Shown: in pieces, positions 29,116-32,000 of the stretch
Layout: every line of letters starts with the position of its first letter
Position numbering within the stretch: position 1 is the stretch's first letter
NCBI RefSeq assembly: GCF_000341395.1
Contig: NC_020304.1
Span: 3,480,001 to 3,512,000, forward strand
DNA: 32,000 nucleotides
Direction: 5' to 3'
From: Desulfocapsa sulfexigens DSM 10523
Lineage (GTDB): Bacteria > Desulfobacterota > Desulfobulbia > Desulfobulbales > Desulfocapsaceae
Program-made: the position numbers and the translations under genes
Notes under the pieces: model-generated
Told to the model about the DNA's origin: nothing
What the model saw: the letters and a program-made list of their open reading frames with translations, nothing else
Databases searched by the model: none

Positions 29116-31320
29116 CTAAACAGCCGTTTCCATTTCGAGTGCTGGATGGCCTTTTTCCTTGAGGAATTCGTAGATCTCCTCCTCAGTGGTTCCCTGTTCC
29201 TCTGTTGCGATCATATCAAACAGTTCTGGCATACCGATATCAGCACAGACTTCTTTTAATTTTTCAGCAATTTCTTCTTTGAGCATTTTCGGCAACCAGA
29301 CAACTCGTTTAAGCCCACCCTCTGCTTTGAAGAGTTTCTTGGAAGTCATGTAATGCTTACTGACACCCATAAATCCAGGAGTCTGCATACCACCACCGGC
29401 CATGCCGGCAAGAGAGGTGAACTTCATACCAGAGGGAGTCATACCAAGGTAATCACGGTTAACAACCATGATTCCGTTACATGTTGGCAGCATGGCGGCT
29501 ATTGCTTCAAAACAGCCACAGGCTGTCATCGGATTATTCATAAGCGAATAGCAACTTACTTCGGGAACAGCCCCACGAGATGCCTGATTTACAAATTCAT
29601 TAATTCCCGTGTAGTAGCCATTAGCTTCATCGGTACATTCCCCCTTCTCAATGGGCTGATTGGGACCGGTGGGATTAATATTAAAGGATGCCTTACCGTC
29701 GAGCCAGTTGTAAGCACCACACATTCCTATTCGTTCTGGGGTAATTACACATACATGACTTGGAGCAAAGGACTGGCACAGTGTGCATGAGTAGAAAACA
29801 TCCTCGGTCTCATCGGTCATGGCACCAAGACGGAGATCACGTTCGGTATATACAGAGGTGGCAAGATCTGAAACCATCTTTACTCCCTCTTCAGTGGTGT
29901 AGAGTTTCACCTGGATCTTATCAACAATGGCACCAAACTCCTGATGCAGTTTACCATGGAGTACTTTTCCAAGGTGCTTGAAGGAAAAGCCTTTTTCAAC
30001 AGCTGCAGTACCAATCCTGAGCCACATGATGTTTCGCTGGCCCATATGCATAATACCCTGGATGTAGTTCATCAGATGATGAAACTGACGTTCAAGGATA
30101 GGTTCAAAATCAGACTGCATTTCACGGCCTGCGACCTCTACAAGAATACCAAGTGGGACATTTTGACCACGTTCCAGATCGGAAATGTCCAATCCTTCAA
30201 GTGTCACTAATCCATCTTCGATCTCATCCATTTCTTTAGAGATAAGAACTTCAACACCTGGAGTTCGACCACCACCACACTCCATAAAGAGATCGTCCTT
30301 TCGAACACGCTCACCCTCAAAAGCGGGGCCAAAGGACATCGGGATATCGATTTTAGTTACGTTGACCTTCAGTCCACGAACCTCAATTGCTTTTTGAACA
30401 ATTTCTTCATGGGGGACGTTCGACACAACATGCTCGTAGGTACAGACACCAGTGGGCAGAATCTGAGGAATATCATAATCAGAAATGGTTGGAAAACCCC
30501 AGTTAATAGCACCAGCAGCATTTGCATACCACTCATCACTGACTTCACCAAAGGCCATGACAAAGGCAAAGGTTCGGTCTTTGTTATATTTCAGGTTCCC
30601 GGCATAGTCGCCTGGTTTGACCCCACCAAAGGCAAGGGCAACACGACAGGCAAAACCTATGGCAAAAACGGCGGTGGTATATTCACGACCAAATGGAACA
30701 AGACGGGTTCCCCAGCCAACCTGCTGTTTTTGTTTAAGCAGTTGATCGGGAAGACTTATCCCCTCGGTCTGGTCATGCATAAAGATGTACAGATTCTTCT
30801 CCTGAAGTTCTATCGCAATCTTTGCAGCCATTTCAGGATCTTTAGGAGTTCCAAGAATAGCAGCAAAACCAGGGGCTGAGCCATCGACAAATTCAACACC
30901 ACGTTTACGAAAAATTACGTCATCTGCGGCACCAAGCCAGAAGTTATCTGCGGTGGGATCTTCGGTTGCGGTATAGAGGCCAGGTTCATTGAGATACCTG
31001 ATAGCTTCGTACATCTCTTCTGCAAAGAATGTTGCCATACCGGCATCAAGTGCCGGAGCAAGATAGGGAAGCCAGATATCACCTGTTACAACAGGAGGCA
31101 TAAGCTTTCGACACTCCAGAAATATATCTTTCATGTCGCCAAGCTTCTCAACCTTGGCTCCAAGCATACTGTAAATAATTGGCAGAAAATAGGCGGTATT
31201 CGGAAATGACACTTCTTTGTCTTCACCATACTTCTTAACCGCATCTTCATAGCTGCTCTCGGCCATATCTATGATTTTTTGTGCACCGCGGATGGCAGCT
31301 GAACAAATTATTTTGGACAT
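29116..31320 (-). CDS. acsB: Acetyl-CoA synthase (CODH/ACS beta subunit), bacterial type
   Basis: DVFYSCTLCQSFAPSHVCVITPERIGMCGAYNWLDGKASFNINPTGPNQPI and EVSCYSLMNNPMTACGCFEAIAAMLPTCNGIMVVNRD (A-cluster region). 734 aa. Confidence 0.96.
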   Translation of the reverse strand: MSKIICSAAIRGAQKIIDMAESSYEDAVKKYGEDKEVSFPNTAYFLPIIYSMLGAKVEKLGDMKDIFLECRKLMPPVVTGDIWLPYLAPALDAGMATFFAEEMYEAIRYLNEPGLYTATEDPTADNFWLGAADDVIFRKRGVEFVDGSAPGFAAILGTPKDPEMAAKIAIELQEKNLYIFMHDQTEGISLPDQLLKQKQQVGWGTRLVPFGREYTTAVFAIGFACRVALAFGGVKPGDYAGNLKYNKDRTFAFVMAFGEVSDEWYANAAGAINWGFPTISDYDIPQILPTGVCTYEHVVSNVPHEEIVQKAIEVRGLKVNVTKIDIPMSFGPAFEGERVRKDDLFMECGGGRTPGVEVLISKEMDEIEDGLVTLEGLDISDLERGQNVPLGILVEVAGREMQSDFEPILERQFHHLMNYIQGIMHMGQRNIMWLRIGTAAVEKGFSFKHLGKVLHGKLHQEFGAIVDKIQVKLYTTEEGVKMVSDLATSVYTERDLRLGAMTDETEDVFYSCTLCQSFAPSHVCVITPERIGMCGAYNWLDGKASFNINPTGPNQPIEKGECTDEANGYYTGINEFVNQASRGAVPEVSCYSLMNNPMTACGCFEAIAAMLPTCNGIMVVNRDYLGMTPSGMKFTSLAGMAGGGMQTPGFMGVSKHYMTSKKLFKAEGGLKRVVWLPKMLKEEIAEKLKEVCADIGMPELFDMIATEEQGTTEEEIYEFLKEKGHPALEMETAV

Positions 31321-31392
31321 ATCTTAAACTCCTGTAATAGCTGTAATAGCAGTAATAAGCTTTGACTTCTACGTTTCAGTTCAAAGTTCCAA

Positions 31393-32000
31393 TCAGTCCA
31401 TAAGACCGGCAACCATTGCGTTAGTGAGTGCTATGGCTTTGGGATGACGCATGATCATAACTTCTCCACCTGCCATAAGCATGCAGCTGGCTGTAAGTGC
31501 TTCCATCATTATTCCTCGAGTCTCCTGATCACCAATCATATCATCGCTAGGAAGTTTCGTTTCCTTTGCCTTCCAGACTTCACAGCCAAGGTTACAGATG
31601 ATGGGTACCTGAAGCTTTGCATCCTGCTGGGTAAGAGCAGCAATACGAATACGCTCCATTACAGAGTAGGTGTACTCTATACCATAGCCAAGCGCTCCAA
31701 TGGAAGGATCCATCAGGACAGTATCAAGAGAAACACCAAGATTTTCAAGAAGAATGTTTAACTGTTTAGCTAGGTTAACATCAATTGGGGAGGCAGCTAC
31801 AATCGGATGCTGGAATGCCATGGCAGTTGCTCCGATAGTTCTGTAGTTGGAATCCTCAAGGGGCGCAAGACATACTTTTTTATCTCCTATGACGGAGGTA
31901 ATATCTCGCAGAGTTTCGGTATCTTTATCGGAATTACCACATCCCCAGACGATTACTGGGACATCAACTGCAGCAATTACAGCTGCTGCAGTTTTAGCAG
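31393..32000 (-). CDS. acsD: Corrinoid iron-sulfur protein small (delta) subunit, partial (5' end beyond window)
   Basis: The frame stays open to the window edge beyond the track start at 31821: ...AAVDVPVIVWGCGNDDKDTETLRDITSVIGDKKVCLAPLEDSNYRTIGATAMAFQHPIVAASPIDVNLAKQLNILLENLG...MDPSIGALGYGIEYTYSVMERIRIAAL. Confidence 0.9.
   Translation of the reverse strand, partial: AKTAAAVIAAVDVPVIVWGCGNSDKDTETLRDITSVIGDKKVCLAPLEDSNYRTIGATAMAFQHPIVAASPIDVNLAKQLNILLENLGVSLDTVLMDPSIGALGYGIEYTYSVMERIRIAALTQQDAKLQVPIICNLGCEVWKAKETKLPSDDMIGDQETRGIMMEALTASCMLMAGGEVMIMRHPKAIALTNAMVAGLMD

Noticed and set aside
131-31761. Many antisense or overlapping ORFs in the track (for example 12691..13266 +, 25405..26250 +, 27808..29016 +, 29353..29790 +, 24141..24617 -)
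   Set aside because: They lie opposite or inside strongly supported genes, show no recognisable domain, and have compositions expected of shadow ORFs.
1-32000. CRISPR array, prophage, transposase or other mobile element
   Set aside because: No regularly spaced direct repeats, integrase/transposase motifs or attachment-site structures were seen by eye.
1-32000. tRNA or rRNA genes, including selC
   Set aside because: No convincing cloverleaf or TTCGA-containing tRNA pattern in the intergenic regions. This was not tested with tRNAscan-SE.

Overview
The window looks like part of a deltaproteobacterial (Desulfobulbaceae-like; inferred from gene content only) chromosome. The left part holds a DEAD-box helicase C-terminus, a phasin-like protein, tRNA-dihydrouridine synthase, a HEAT/cNMP-binding/PilZ protein, a Sel1 protein, a lipoprotein, succinate-semialdehyde dehydrogenase, an S4-domain protein, a response regulator-GAF-class III cyclase, RarA/MgsA, a multiheme cytochrome, Mn-dependent pyrophosphatase, an SprA-like HExxH protein, an M18 aminopeptidase, a lytic transglycosylase, a Ca-binding-motif protein and a small PilZ protein. 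The right part (about 19.67-32.0 kb, minus strand) is an energy-metabolism cluster read acsD (partial) > acsB > acsC > fdhA fused to a GltD-like module > hdrA > mvhD-like. The main result is that the supplied ORF track breaks four genes at in-frame TGA codons that look like selenocysteine codons. Each falls in or next to a conserved Cys motif and has a candidate bacterial SECIS hairpin downstream. Three are in expected families (fdhA, hdrA, mvhD). The fourth, TGA at 11155-11157, lies in the EPCG(C/U)xxNQLGG motif of an exported calcineurin/5'-nucleotidase-like multiheme cytochrome. It has a perfect 6-bp stem with a GGUCU loop exactly 18 nt after the TGA, and I do not know this family as an established selenoprotein. 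It is the strongest candidate here for something undescribed.
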